Source: a virus (lineage: Duplodnaviria; Caudoviricetes). From it: DNA of 64,000 nt. The translations under genes were made by a program, and so were the position numbers. Location of the stretch: IMG/VR virus record IMGVR_UViG_3300011008_002712; one strand, 5' to 3'. Within the stretch, counting starts at the first letter, position 1. The number at the start of each line of letters is the position of its first letter. Under the pieces are notes generated by a model, which did not search any database, was not told the origin of the DNA, and worked only from the letters and a program-made list of their open reading frames with translations. Positions 10,081 to 20,130 of this stretch are shown here, one piece after another.

Positions 10081-12675
10081 TCAATATGTAATTTTTACAA
10101 CTACTGGACCTTGATTATCGAACGGCAAAGCACATTCGCAATAATGAGGATTATTTTCATTTGTGTAGTATATGTTTGTTCCAATCTTTGTTGCTGCTTT
10201 TGTCCCCATCAATTGCATATATTGAATATTAGCATAATCATACGTTAACATGTTATTGTTTGTTGAATTTGCATCGTAATCAATTAAGATTCTATTGTTT
10301 GATCCAATTTCATCTGTTGATACACTGAATCTCACAGATTTTACTTCTTTGTTTTTGACAATAGAAATGGAATTATTAGTTTTTGTAAATGTAATTGCAT
10401 CATTTTCATATGCAACAAAAATACAATCTCCAGAAGTAAATTCTTGTAATTCTTTTGTTCTAGAAGATACCAAAGAATCAATTTCAGATTTAGAATAAAC
10501 ATCATTTAAATTAGCTTTGCTGTTTAGTAATGTATCAGCTTCTGACTTTGTATATGCGTCAATTGAAACATTATTAACTAAACCATCAACTTCATCTTTA
10601 GAATATACACTACCAACTGACACTTTGTCGTTAAGTAGTGAATCAACCTCTGTTTTTGTGTATGCGTCAATTTGAGAAGGAATTAGATTATCTACTTCTT
10701 CTTTTGTATATACAGATGAAACATTTGCTTTGCCATCTATATTAGAAACCAAATTGGAAATAGAAGAATCTATTTCATTTTTTGTGTAATAATTACTAAG
10801 ATCTACTTCTGTTCCAAGATTTTCTGGTTTATTAGTAATATTATTCCAATCAACAGATTGAAGTTGATTATGACTAGTGCAAACAAACTCATTGTTATGA
10901 TATACATATTCTGCTCTTCCTGTGATTCCACTAGGATCTCCAGTTGCATCTAATACAACATAATGGTTTCCATCTTTTAATTTCATATCTGGAATAACAA
11001 GAAGATCGTCATATGTATCAATTACTTCAATAGATGTTTCATTTTTTGCTTCATCTGGAATATATTCAATGGGAATTTGTCCATTATTATCTAATGGAGC
11101 ATAACCATTTGCTAGTCCCTTCTTAGAAGAATCTTCAGGAACAAATCCTAATGCATCTTGTTTTGAATTCCAAGAGTTGATTTGATTTTTGCTAACAAAA
11201 TTATGCGCATCATCTTCAATAATATCTCCAGATGAATGATTATGATTAGATAAAGCTCGTTCATTTAATAATACATCAACTGCTGATTTTTCATAAAACA
11301 GATTTTTATGATTATTATCCAATTGAACAAACTGGTTATCAATATAATCTTTTGTATATACATCGCTTACATTTGCTTTATTATCCAATTCAGTATGAAC
11401 ATCTACAGCATTTGCTTTTGTGTCCAGTTTCGCATCTAAGACATTGCGAGTATATGTATTAGTAACAACACTTTGCAGTAAAGAATCCGTTTCGCTTTTA
11501 ACATAATAGTTGTTAATGTTAAAATCTTTCAATGCACTTAAATCTAAGCTGTTGAATAAATCATCAGTTTCTGCCTTAGTATAATAATTTTGCAATGCAT
11601 TGTCTACATCTGCTTTTGTATATACTTGTGCTGCATTTGCTTTTACTTGTAAGAATGAATCAATCTGACCGCGTGTATACGTGTCAAGCATACTATTGCT
11701 AAGAGAACTCTTTGTAACAAATATATTATTAATATCGTCTTTTGAATAAGTTCCCTCTACGTCCATCTTATCTTCTAGTCGATTAAGAACTTCTTCTCGC
11801 GTTATGTATATGTTACGCAGATCATTTTTAGTTACTTTTTCGTCTATAGATAAGTATCTTGGATCGTTAATGCCAACAGCAATTGGTTCATCGCTTGGAT
11901 CTGCGCTTAATTTTACAACGCCGAATTCTGTAGCAGAAGCATTTGGAGTATTAACACCATCATTCCAAGAAAGCCAATTTGTTCCGTCATTGCTATATTG
12001 CCATTCATCTAAATCTTCATTGTATTTAATTCCGACTTTTGGCAAAGCACCGCGATTAACATAAATACCACAATGCTCAACTGGAACACCAGAATCATCT
12101 GCATTCAATGTAAATGAAGATGATACTGTTCCATTATAATCAGCCTTATTACGTATCAAATTTTTAGCATCTTCAGATGTAATTTTTTCATCTAATTCTT
12201 CACGTAATCCAGTAATCGCTTCAATTGAATGAGCATTATCTTTATTACGATTCTGTAAATCGTTATGATGAATTGGATATCCGCCAACAACAAACTCTGG
12301 ACGAGCATCGTATACCATATCATTAGTAATGACAGTCGTAGAAGATTTGACATATACAAATGCTAATGGTAACATATTTTGAGAAAGCGTTGGTGGTTCT
12401 GGATTATTAGCTCTTGGTAATCCATTAACAATAACACATTTTCCAGTCTTATTTAAAGCTACCAAAACCCATTTTGCTCCAGAACTTGGAACTTCAATTT
12501 TGGGTGATACACCGCCTGCATATTCAATAAATTTTTCATTGTTTATCCAAAAAGAACCTTGTTTAATTCTTATTGTCATATCGGGCGTGTCATTCGCAGA
12601 AGGCTGAAACATCATTCCAGCGAAATTTCCACGACGATATTCATCGCCTTTAGGTGGTCTATTCACGTAATTCAC
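10081..12675 (-). CDS. Fibre-like virion protein with YTKxExD repeats
   Basis: About 14 copies of Y(T/S)KxE(V/T/I)D-like motif; ASATEFGVVKLS and KGLANGYAPLD motifs typical of phage fibres. Confidence 0.65.
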   Translation of the reverse strand: MNYVNRPPKGDEYRRGNFAGMMFQPSANDTPDMTIRIKQGSFWINNEKFIEYAGGVSPKIEVPSSGAKWVLVALNKTGKCVIVNGLPRANNPEPPTLSQNMLPLAFVYVKSSTTVITNDMVYDARPEFVVGGYPIHHNDLQNRNKDNAHSIEAITGLREELDEKITSEDAKNLIRNKADYNGTVSSSFTLNADDSGVPVEHCGIYVNRGALPKVGIKYNEDLDEWQYSNDGTNWLSWNDGVNTPNASATEFGVVKLSADPSDEPIAVGINDPRYLSIDEKVTKNDLRNIYITREEVLNRLEDKMDVEGTYSKDDINNIFVTKSSLSNSMLDTYTRGQIDSFLQVKANAAQVYTKADVDNALQNYYTKAETDDLFNSLDLSALKDFNINNYYVKSETDSLLQSVVTNTYTRNVLDAKLDTKANAVDVHTELDNKANVSDVYTKDYIDNQFVQLDNNHKNLFYEKSAVDVLLNERALSNHNHSSGDIIEDDAHNFVSKNQINSWNSKQDALGFVPEDSSKKGLANGYAPLDNNGQIPIEYIPDEAKNETSIEVIDTYDDLLVIPDMKLKDGNHYVVLDATGDPSGITGRAEYVYHNNEFVCTSHNQLQSVDWNNITNKPENLGTEVDLSNYYTKNEIDSSISNLVSNIDGKANVSSVYTKEEVDNLIPSQIDAYTKTEVDSLLNDKVSVGSVYSKDEVDGLVNNVSIDAYTKSEADTLLNSKANLNDVYSKSEIDSLVSSRTKELQEFTSGDCIFVAYENDAITFTKTNNSISIVKNKEVKSVRFSVSTDEIGSNNRILIDYDANSTNNNMLTYDYANIQYMQLMGTKAATKIGTNIYYTNENNPHYCECALPFDNQGPVVVKITY

Positions 12676-12818
12676 CTACCCTATTTATATTAATTTTTGC
12701 AAAAATTAAATAAATTTCAAAGAAAATATCATTTTCTTCTCATTTAAAAAAATAATATAAATAATTGTGGTGTTTATCCTAAATGAAAGTATAAAGGAAT
12801 AAAAGAAAAATAAAATTG

Positions 12819-12850
12819 CTATGTACATTCAATATTTACTATGTTAAAAT
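12819..12850 (+). promoter_or_regulatory. SigA-type promoter, CTA-extended class
   Basis: CTA-TGTACA-N17-TAAAAT with TG at -15. Confidence 0.6.
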
Positions 12851-12869
12851 TAAACAGAGGTGAAAGAAC

Positions 12870-13157
12870 ATGCGCCTAAGCGAAATGAATGATGATGAAA
12901 AGAAGAAATTCAAAAAACAATTCGGACTGCCGCAAAACAAAGATATAATTTATTACGACAGCTATAAACCTTATTCAAAGCATATAGTAAGTGATTTAGA
13001 AATTATATATACGTATAAATCTGGTTGTGTTACATTAGACGTTTGGTTAGAAAATGGAGAAAAAACAGAACTTCCTATTCATTCTTCTTATTTAAAAGAA
13101 ATGCAAAACAAAAATTTTCTTAAGCATAGATTAGAAGGGAATGATACAAATGAATGA
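12870..13157 (+). CDS. Hypothetical protein
   Basis: 95-aa ORF, GAGGTG RBS, promoter upstream. Confidence 0.7.
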   Translation: MRLSEMNDDEKKKFKKQFGLPQNKDIIYYDSYKPYSKHIVSDLEIIYTYKSGCVTLDVWLENGEKTELPIHSSYLKEMQNKNFLKHRLEGNDTNE

Positions 13158-14265
13158 CATTAATTTAAATGACCTAATGAAAGAAGCGGAAGGAGAAGTA
13201 AAACGAGAATTAGAAATTGTTAAACAAACAGTTGAACAACTTTCTCCAGATGAAAGAAAAAAAATAGACAACATAAAAGAAAGCATTAACATACAAGATT
13301 CTTCTTATGTCCTGTCATTCGGTTCTGCTGCACAACAAGATATTGCTGCATTTACTGATGGAATACTTTCATCTGTTCGTTCTAAAGATTCTGGACCGGT
13401 TGGAGAGCTTCTAGGGCAGTTTGTTGCTAAAACAAGAGAATTGAAACCAGAAAGCGAAAGAAGTTTTTTCACAAGAATACCAATTATTAAAAATTTTATC
13501 AATAAGGGACAAAGTTTAATGGATAGATATGATAAGCTATCTACCCAAATTGATATGATACAAGCTGAACTTGAGAAAAATAAAATGGACATGATGAAAG
13601 ACATTATCATGTTTGATGAATTATTCAAACAAAATGTCAATTATTTCAGAAACCTCAATTCGTATATTATTGCTGGCGAAGAAAAAATAAAAGAAATGAA
13701 TGAAACAACGTTGCCAAAACTTCGTCAACAAGCCGCAGAATCAAAAGATCAAATGGCTATTCAAGTTGTGAATGATTTTGAACAAAATTTAGATAGATTT
13801 GAAAAGAAAATTCACGATTTGAAGCTCAGCAAAACAATATCTTTGCAAATGGCTCCACAGATAAGATTAATGTCAAATACAAATAAAACTCTTTGCGAAA
13901 AAATACAGACAATAAGTTTCGCATCTATCCCAATTTGGAAAAATCAGATTGTCATTGCTCTTGGATTAACAAGACAAAAACAAGTATTATCAATGAATCG
14001 CGCAATTAGCGACACAACAAATGAAATGCTAAAAAGAAACGCAGAACTTTTAAAAATGAATTCAATTGAAACAACAAAAGAGTCAAACAGAGGAATTGTT
14101 GACATTGAAACGTTAAAAAAAGCAAACGAAGATATAGTAACAACAATAGAAGAAACAATAAAAATACAACAATCTGCGCGATCAGCAAGGCAGTCTGCTG
14201 AAAAAGAACTACTAGCTATTGAAGAAAGATTAAGAAAAACATTACTAAAAACAGCTTCTCATTAA
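13141..14265 (+). CDS. telA: TelA/KlaA toxic-anion resistance family protein
   Basis: FGSAAQ, DSGPVGELL, DRFEKKIHDLKLS, QMAPQIRL, IPIWKNQ, TNEMLKRNAE, RGIVDIETLKK. Confidence 0.92.
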   Translation: MIQMNDINLNDLMKEAEGEVKRELEIVKQTVEQLSPDERKKIDNIKESINIQDSSYVLSFGSAAQQDIAAFTDGILSSVRSKDSGPVGELLGQFVAKTRELKPESERSFFTRIPIIKNFINKGQSLMDRYDKLSTQIDMIQAELEKNKMDMMKDIIMFDELFKQNVNYFRNLNSYIIAGEEKIKEMNETTLPKLRQQAAESKDQMAIQVVNDFEQNLDRFEKKIHDLKLSKTISLQMAPQIRLMSNTNKTLCEKIQTISFASIPIWKNQIVIALGLTRQKQVLSMNRAISDTTNEMLKRNAELLKMNSIETTKESNRGIVDIETLKKANEDIVTTIEETIKIQQSARSARQSAEKELLAIEERLRKTLLKTASH

Positions 14266-14267
14266 AA

Positions 14268-14300
14268 AAGAGAGAGGATTTTTAAATCCTCTCTTGTTTT
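14268..14300. terminator. Bidirectional terminator between telA and dnaE-C
   Basis: AGAGAGGATTT/AAATCCTCTCT stem flanked by A and T runs. Confidence 0.7.
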
Positions 14301-16792
14301 TATTCATTTTCTTCTAAGTTATCGCCATTTATCCATTTTTCATTAATTTTTTTCACTTTATCATGGTCTATATATTTTGCACTCAATCCGCCATAGCCTT
14401 TATCTCCAGAAATAACTAACAAATTACCTTTTTTCAAAATATCAGAATTATTTTTGTACATATCATTCCACATTGTAATTCCGACAATTTCTAAAGGTGT
14501 TATTAAAATTATTCTATAATATTCATTGCCCTTTTTCGAACGTTTTTTAACAACTTCTTTTATCAATCCTCCAATTTCAATACTATCTCCATCTTTTATG
14601 TCTTCTAAAGACTTAAGATGCTTTTTGTTTTTAAACGGATGATCAATAAAGCTAATTTCAAATGTATCTAAATCATCAAGATAACATTTAACCTTATTAA
14701 ATTTCGTTCTATATATTTTTGTTTTTGCTTTAACAAATGCATGAACAAATTTATCTTTAACTTCTTCTTTTACTACTTCAAATATACCTTTTGGTTTGCA
14801 TCTTGTTTTTTCTACATCATCAATTATTTTCCCAAATTTTTCAAGAAATGGTTCTGGAACAACAACACAATTGGGATTCTTTTTTTCTTTAATAAGTTCG
14901 TCTTCCCCAAATGCATTTAAATATTTTCCAGCAACAGTTGTCAAATCAACTAAATAATTTGGTATACTAGTTTTTGAATTTGTCTCTTGATAACTTTCAA
15001 ACCATTTCCTTTGCTGTGCTCTATTCATATAAAGCAAACAACAATCATCTTTTTCTTCTACTTTTATAAATTCTTTGCATTTATCATCTACAATATCTTT
15101 TGGAACTTGCAATGGCAAGCTTTCAAATGCCCCTATTTGAATACATACATCAACATTTCGTTTATTGTGTCCTTGGCTTCCAGTTTTTTCAAAAAATTCT
15201 TGTATCGTTGAAAATGGTTGCGCATTCATAATGTCTGCTGCGCCAGCTGCGCCCAATCCTTTTATGCAATTCAATCCCATTCTAATAGAATTATTATCGA
15301 TATTTTCTATTTTTGCTTCAAACTTACTTGCAGAAATATCCGGCGGCCTAACATCAATATTAAATGCTCTTGCTTCTTGCATGCAATTATTAAAATGTTC
15401 CAACTTCTCATTATTAAATAACACAGTAAAAAACACTAATGGATAATTTGCTTTTACCCATGCACACCAATATGCGATGTACGAATAACATACTGAGTGC
15501 GATTTGTTAAATAAATAAGCACTATTATCAATGATAGCTTGCGCTATTGTTTTACATGCTTTTTCTGGTATTCCACGTGATAATCCAGTCGGTATAACTT
15601 CTTTATTAAATTTTTCTACCCATGGTATGTTCTTCTTTTTATCAGGTTTTTCAAGTGCTCTTCTATATATATCAGCTTCACCAAAGTCAATTCCTAATAA
15701 TTCAGCAATAAGTCCCATCACTTGTTCTTGATACACTATACCACCCATCGTGGGCTCCAATATTTTATCAAATGCTGGCCAAATTTTCTTTAGTTTACTT
15801 GGATCTTTTTTTGCTGCGCAATATTCATCTAACCCAGAAGTACCAGGTCGTATAAAAGCATTTACAGCCGATAATTCTTCCATCGTACGCGGCTTTATTT
15901 TTTTTATTACAGGAACAGCTGCCGCACCATCCATTTGAAACACACCACGAAGATATTTTGCGTCACATATTAAGTCCCAAGCTTTATCGTTATCTAACGG
16001 TATAGACATCTGTTTTAAATCTTTATGATAATATTTATTGATTAAATTTAACTCATCGCAAATAATATCCATTGTGCGTAATCTAAGTATATCGTATTTC
16101 ATGCCACCAATTTGCTCTATCTCATCTTTACAATACATGCTTCTATACCATGTATTATGTGATGAAGTTTCTACAGCCGGTGCAACTGGAGTCAAATCAG
16201 TTATTTCCATATTAGATGGAGTTATTACAATTCCTGCTGGATGTTGAGATACAGATTTCGGAAGATTCATAAATGTTTTCAAATAATCTCTTAGATGATA
16301 ATTTTCATATTTATCTAAGAATTCATTCACTTCTTTAACATCTTTTATATCATCAAATGTTTTTGCATCTTTGTCAATTTTTTTAGCTGCGAAATCAACT
16401 TCTGCAAGTGGAATTTCAAAAACTCTCGCAATATCTCTCAAAGCAGCTTTTGGTTTCATATATTGAAAAGTAGCTATATTACAACAATGATTTTTACCAA
16501 ATGTTTGATTCAAAAAATCATATATTTCATCACTTCTAAGATAGGAAGTATCTCCGTCAATATCTGGTACATGACCGACTCTACGGGGATTCAAAAATCG
16601 TTCAAAAAATAAATCATACTCAAGAGGATCTACTTGAGTAATATCTAGTGCATAATTTAAAAGTGATCCAGCACCAGAATTATGCACTATTAAACCGTCA
16701 ATATTATATGAATGTACATCTTTTACTTCTAAGTCGTAAACTTTCCCTTTGTATTGAAAAGTTTTTTTAGAAGTAAGTCTTTTATATTTCAT
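14300..16792 (-). CDS. dnaE: DNA polymerase III alpha, C-terminal half, fused to C-part of a split intein
   Basis: IntC ...VYDLEV..HSYNIDGLIVHN then SGAGSLL, FERFLNP, PDIDGD, QHPAG, KYDIL, GVFQ, FNKSH, C-terminal OB fold; AAAGGA RBS before ATG 16792. Confidence 0.95.
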   Translation of the reverse strand: MKYKRLTSKKTFQYKGKVYDLEVKDVHSYNIDGLIVHNSGAGSLLNYALDITQVDPLEYDLFFERFLNPRRVGHVPDIDGDTSYLRSDEIYDFLNQTFGKNHCCNIATFQYMKPKAALRDIARVFEIPLAEVDFAAKKIDKDAKTFDDIKDVKEVNEFLDKYENYHLRDYLKTFMNLPKSVSQHPAGIVITPSNMEITDLTPVAPAVETSSHNTWYRSMYCKDEIEQIGGMKYDILRLRTMDIICDELNLINKYYHKDLKQMSIPLDNDKAWDLICDAKYLRGVFQMDGAAAVPVIKKIKPRTMEELSAVNAFIRPGTSGLDEYCAAKKDPSKLKKIWPAFDKILEPTMGGIVYQEQVMGLIAELLGIDFGEADIYRRALEKPDKKKNIPWVEKFNKEVIPTGLSRGIPEKACKTIAQAIIDNSAYLFNKSHSVCYSYIAYWCAWVKANYPLVFFTVLFNNEKLEHFNNCMQEARAFNIDVRPPDISASKFEAKIENIDNNSIRMGLNCIKGLGAAGAADIMNAQPFSTIQEFFEKTGSQGHNKRNVDVCIQIGAFESLPLQVPKDIVDDKCKEFIKVEEKDDCCLLYMNRAQQRKWFESYQETNSKTSIPNYLVDLTTVAGKYLNAFGEDELIKEKKNPNCVVVPEPFLEKFGKIIDDVEKTRCKPKGIFEVVKEEVKDKFVHAFVKAKTKIYRTKFNKVKCYLDDLDTFEISFIDHPFKNKKHLKSLEDIKDGDSIEIGGLIKEVVKKRSKKGNEYYRIILITPLEIVGITMWNDMYKNNSDILKKGNLLVISGDKGYGGLSAKYIDHDKVKKINEKWINGDNLEENE
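16679..16792 (-). mobile_element. Split intein C-fragment (38 aa)
   Basis: Block F VYDLEV, block G IVHN, Ser+1; Lys/Arg-rich. Confidence 0.92.
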
Positions 16793-16879
16793 CCATATCA
16801 TCCTTTCTTCTATTTATTTTATAAAAATTATTTTCTTTTTATAAAGAAACATCTATCAATTTCTTGAAAATTTATTTTT

Positions 16880-18580
16880 TTAGTTATTACATTCAATCCA
16901 TTCTTGATTAAACGTCGGTTCTAATGAATAGAAAAATCCATTTATTTCTTTATGATTCATTGCTTTTGTTTTACTAATTTTTAATTTTTTGAATTCATCA
17001 AACATTTCTGTTTTTGTATGATATGTTTTCACGATATTACCATCATGATCAAACTTATAACATGTTTTTGAATGTTTACACGGAAAAGATTTTTCTGTAT
17101 AATTTCTGCTTCCTTTTTTAAAAATCATTCCGTGATATGTTTCTCCAGTTTTGACACATTTTTCCAATCTATAGTGTGTCATATTCAATTTTTCACAAGT
17201 TTCATTATTTGTCTTAAATTCATAAATTAATTCATTTTCTTCATTAAATACTTTAACTGGGACACCATTTACTGCATTTTCACCTTTTTTGTTGAACATC
17301 CCATTTTTTTCACCAGTTGTAGATTTTTTCCAATGTTCAATCTTATTTTTTGTGTCTTCTGTCCATTCAAAATAATGATCTTTTACCAGTAAATGTTCAT
17401 TTATTGCATTTTTAATTTCTTGTTTTGTCAAAGAAAATTCATTTTCTAACGCAACTATAGACAAAAATGTTTTGACAAATTTCATGTTTTTATCATATAC
17501 ATTAATGTGATATCCATTGATGGATTTTTCCACTTTTTTCCCATGCATGCCATTCAATTTTCCTCGTGTTTTACCATTTTTTATTCTTTTTTTGCTTAGT
17601 GCTTTTTTCTGTTCCTCTGTCCATTTATTTCCATAATTTGGATTTTTTTCTCCAGTTACAGCTTTGGACATTTTTTGTTTAAAAAACTCTCGTTCTTTCT
17701 TTGTCATGTTTTTCCAAGCTTCTTGTTTTATCTTGCTTTGATGCAAACATTCTTCTTTTGATCTAACATTATTTTTTCTTTTAAATTTTACATCGTTTCT
17801 AATTTTACCAAAACGTTTTGTAATTTTAAATAACTCATATTCATTATTTGAATATCCCAAAATATCAATTTTTTCGTTTTCATTGATAAGAGAATCAATA
17901 AATTTTTGAGAAAAATCTTTAGTAATTACATAATCACAGATCTTAGAATCTGTTAATAAGTTTGTAATTACATAAGCAAATCCAATTGAATCGTTTTTAG
18001 GCATTAATTCATTATTCCAAGATTGTGGCATCGATGTTATCATCAAATGTGCATTATCAAAAAAAATCAAATTTTCTTGATTTGTGACGTGAATAAAGTC
18101 TCTCATTCTTTTTAAATCTTTTAGCGTCAAAAATTGATAATTCATATTATGTTTTAAACAAAAATCTTTAGCAGCTAATGATTTAATTTTTGACCATTCA
18201 TCAATTTTTCCTTTTATTTCAATGATAGAATTATTGACAATGAAATCAGGATAGTAAAAATGACTTTCATTTCCAGTTAAATATGGAATTTGAACATCAC
18301 ATCGTTTTATTGGGATGTTATTTTTAATACAATGATGAATAAAGCCTAATTCATAACTACTTTCAAATTTTATCCCATAATAACTACCATGAAGTGTTTT
18401 ATGAGAAACATATTTGTTAATGCATTTATTACATATTGCCTCATACTTATGTTGTCTTGTTTGCAAAGAATTCCACGAAACAACACTCTCTTTGTTACAT
18501 TCTTTACACACTATAAGAACGTTACAATTTCTTTTTTCCGTTTTATGTTCTAAAAAATAATTATAATCGACTGTTTTCAA
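16880..18580 (-). CDS. Putative homing endonuclease: Zn finger + PD-(D/E)XK (TnsA-N-like) + NUMOD3/NUMOD1-like repeats
   Basis: FESSYE..YYPDF..IIEIKG; GEKNPNYG/GEKNGMF repeats; likely TTG start at 18580 aligning with paralog start. Confidence 0.75.
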   Translation of the reverse strand: MKTVDYNYFLEHKTEKRNCNVLIVCKECNKESVVSWNSLQTRQHKYEAICNKCINKYVSHKTLHGSYYGIKFESSYELGFIHHCIKNNIPIKRCDVQIPYLTGNESHFYYPDFIVNNSIIEIKGKIDEWSKIKSLAAKDFCLKHNMNYQFLTLKDLKRMRDFIHVTNQENLIFFDNAHLMITSMPQSWNNELMPKNDSIGFAYVITNLLTDSKICDYVITKDFSQKFIDSLINENEKIDILGYSNNEYELFKITKRFGKIRNDVKFKRKNNVRSKEECLHQSKIKQEAWKNMTKKEREFFKQKMSKAVTGEKNPNYGNKWTEEQKKALSKKRIKNGKTRGKLNGMHGKKVEKSINGYHINVYDKNMKFVKTFLSIVALENEFSLTKQEIKNAINEHLLVKDHYFEWTEDTKNKIEHWKKSTTGEKNGMFNKKGENAVNGVPVKVFNEENELIYEFKTNNETCEKLNMTHYRLEKCVKTGETYHGMIFKKGSRNYTEKSFPCKHSKTCYKFDHDGNIVKTYHTKTEMFDEFKKLKISKTKAMNHKEINGFFYSLEPTFNQEWIECNN

Positions 18581-19781
18581 ATTAACACTCATTTCTATTC
18601 GCACTATCACATATAATGTATCTTCCGTCATTCAAAATCAACTTGTTATTCATCATTTTCTTTTTATTAAATTTTAATTCTTTTTCTGCCGATGTAATTG
18701 TTGGAAATTCTTTTATTAATTGATTATCACTTGAAAATAACATTACCTTTTTGCCGCCTTTATTTTTTGTGCTACAACGTTTTTGTTTACAGTGTTTTTC
18801 GTAAATTTTTTTAGAACGTTCAGTGAATTCCAAATAACATTCATTATTTATTGGCAAATGATTAATTACAATGTTTTTTAGTTCTTTTCTATTTAAATTA
18901 AATCTTTTTAGAGCTATATAAGTGTTTAAAATATAATCAATGATTTCACCATTCGAATTCACTAAATTATAGTCATATCCTGTAAAAGATTTTTCTTGTT
19001 TTTTACCGAACATTGGATTCTGTTTACCAAACATCCCGTTTTTACTGCCAGCATTTTTTCCTTTTAATTTTTCTCCTATGTTTCTTCGTTGTTCTTCATT
19101 CAAATGATTACCAAACATTGGATTTTTTGTTCCAGAATTCATTTCAACGTACTTTTTCTTATATAAAAAGTTTTCTTCTTCTGTTGGAGTTCTTGGTAAA
19201 TTGTTTATTTTTTCAATTGTGATGTTTTTTAAATGAACCAAGTCATATTCAAAATTTTTATATCCTATGATTTGAATTTCGTTATGAATAATATCATTAT
19301 TACATAAAGAAATTAATGTTTTATCTGTTGCTTTTCCAATGCATATATCACAAAAAACATTGTTCGTTAAATAATTTTTTATCAAATAAACAAAACCCAA
19401 ATAATTTTCTGGTTCTTTTATTTTATTCATTTCAAAACTATCTGGGTATGATGTTATCATTAGATGTTCTTTGTCAAATAAAATTAAATCTTCAAAACTA
19501 GAACAAAAAATAAAATTATTTAAATTTTTTAAATCTTTTCTTGTCAACAAGACATAATTTTTTAAAGAATTTTTAGCATACTGTTCTTTTTGTTTTGCAT
19601 TATCATTATAAATTCCTTTAATTTCAACAATGTTATTTTCAACTAAAAAATCTGGGTGATATGTTCTTTTTATTCCATTTTCATCAACATATTTTACTAT
19701 CCCAGTGTATCTTTTGATGTTTAATTTGTTTTTAATGCAATGATGAATAAAGCCTAATTCATAACTACTTTCAAATTTTAT
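18330..19781. repeat. 44-bp identical direct repeat (18330-18373 and 19738-19781)
   Basis: CAATGATGAATAAAGCCTAATTCATAACTACTTTCAAATTTTAT occurs in both endonuclease genes. Confidence 0.9.
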
Positions 19782-20006
19782 TCCGTAGTAATTCCCTCTC
19801 AAGTGACTTTTGGAACGATATTTCAAAATGCATTTATTGCATATTTGTTGATAACGTACATTTTGATTTCTAGAAACTAAATTTTTCCAATGTACTAATG
19901 ACTTTTGTTTACAATCTTTGCAAATTATTTCTACTAATCTATTTTGTTTTTCTGTTCTATGTTCTAAAAAATAATGATAATCAACTGTTTTCATTCTCTT
20001 CTCCAT
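18582..20006 (-). CDS. Putative homing endonuclease, paralog of 16880..18580
   Basis: FESSYE..YHPDF..IVEIKG; GTKNPMFG/GSKNGMFG repeats; IKEFPTITSAEKEL NUMOD1-like. Confidence 0.75.
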   Translation of the reverse strand: MEKRMKTVDYHYFLEHRTEKQNRLVEIICKDCKQKSLVHWKNLVSRNQNVRYQQICNKCILKYRSKSHLRGNYYGIKFESSYELGFIHHCIKNKLNIKRYTGIVKYVDENGIKRTYHPDFLVENNIVEIKGIYNDNAKQKEQYAKNSLKNYVLLTRKDLKNLNNFIFCSSFEDLILFDKEHLMITSYPDSFEMNKIKEPENYLGFVYLIKNYLTNNVFCDICIGKATDKTLISLCNNDIIHNEIQIIGYKNFEYDLVHLKNITIEKINNLPRTPTEEENFLYKKKYVEMNSGTKNPMFGNHLNEEQRRNIGEKLKGKNAGSKNGMFGKQNPMFGKKQEKSFTGYDYNLVNSNGEIIDYILNTYIALKRFNLNRKELKNIVINHLPINNECYLEFTERSKKIYEKHCKQKRCSTKNKGGKKVMLFSSDNQLIKEFPTITSAEKELKFNKKKMMNNKLILNDGRYIICDSANRNEC

Positions 20007-20130
20007 TTTTTATTTATTTTAAACATAAATTAAAAAAAAATAAAAAGAAAATTGCATTTTTGCTACAAAGTAGTATGCTTCATAATTTTTTTAATAAAAT
20101 AAATTACTTTACTGAAAGGAGCAAAAATAA

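Noticed and set aside
16880-20006. Tn7-like transposon suggested by TnsA-like nuclease motifs
   Set aside because: No TnsB/TnsC genes or terminal repeats; NUMOD tails point to homing endonucleases
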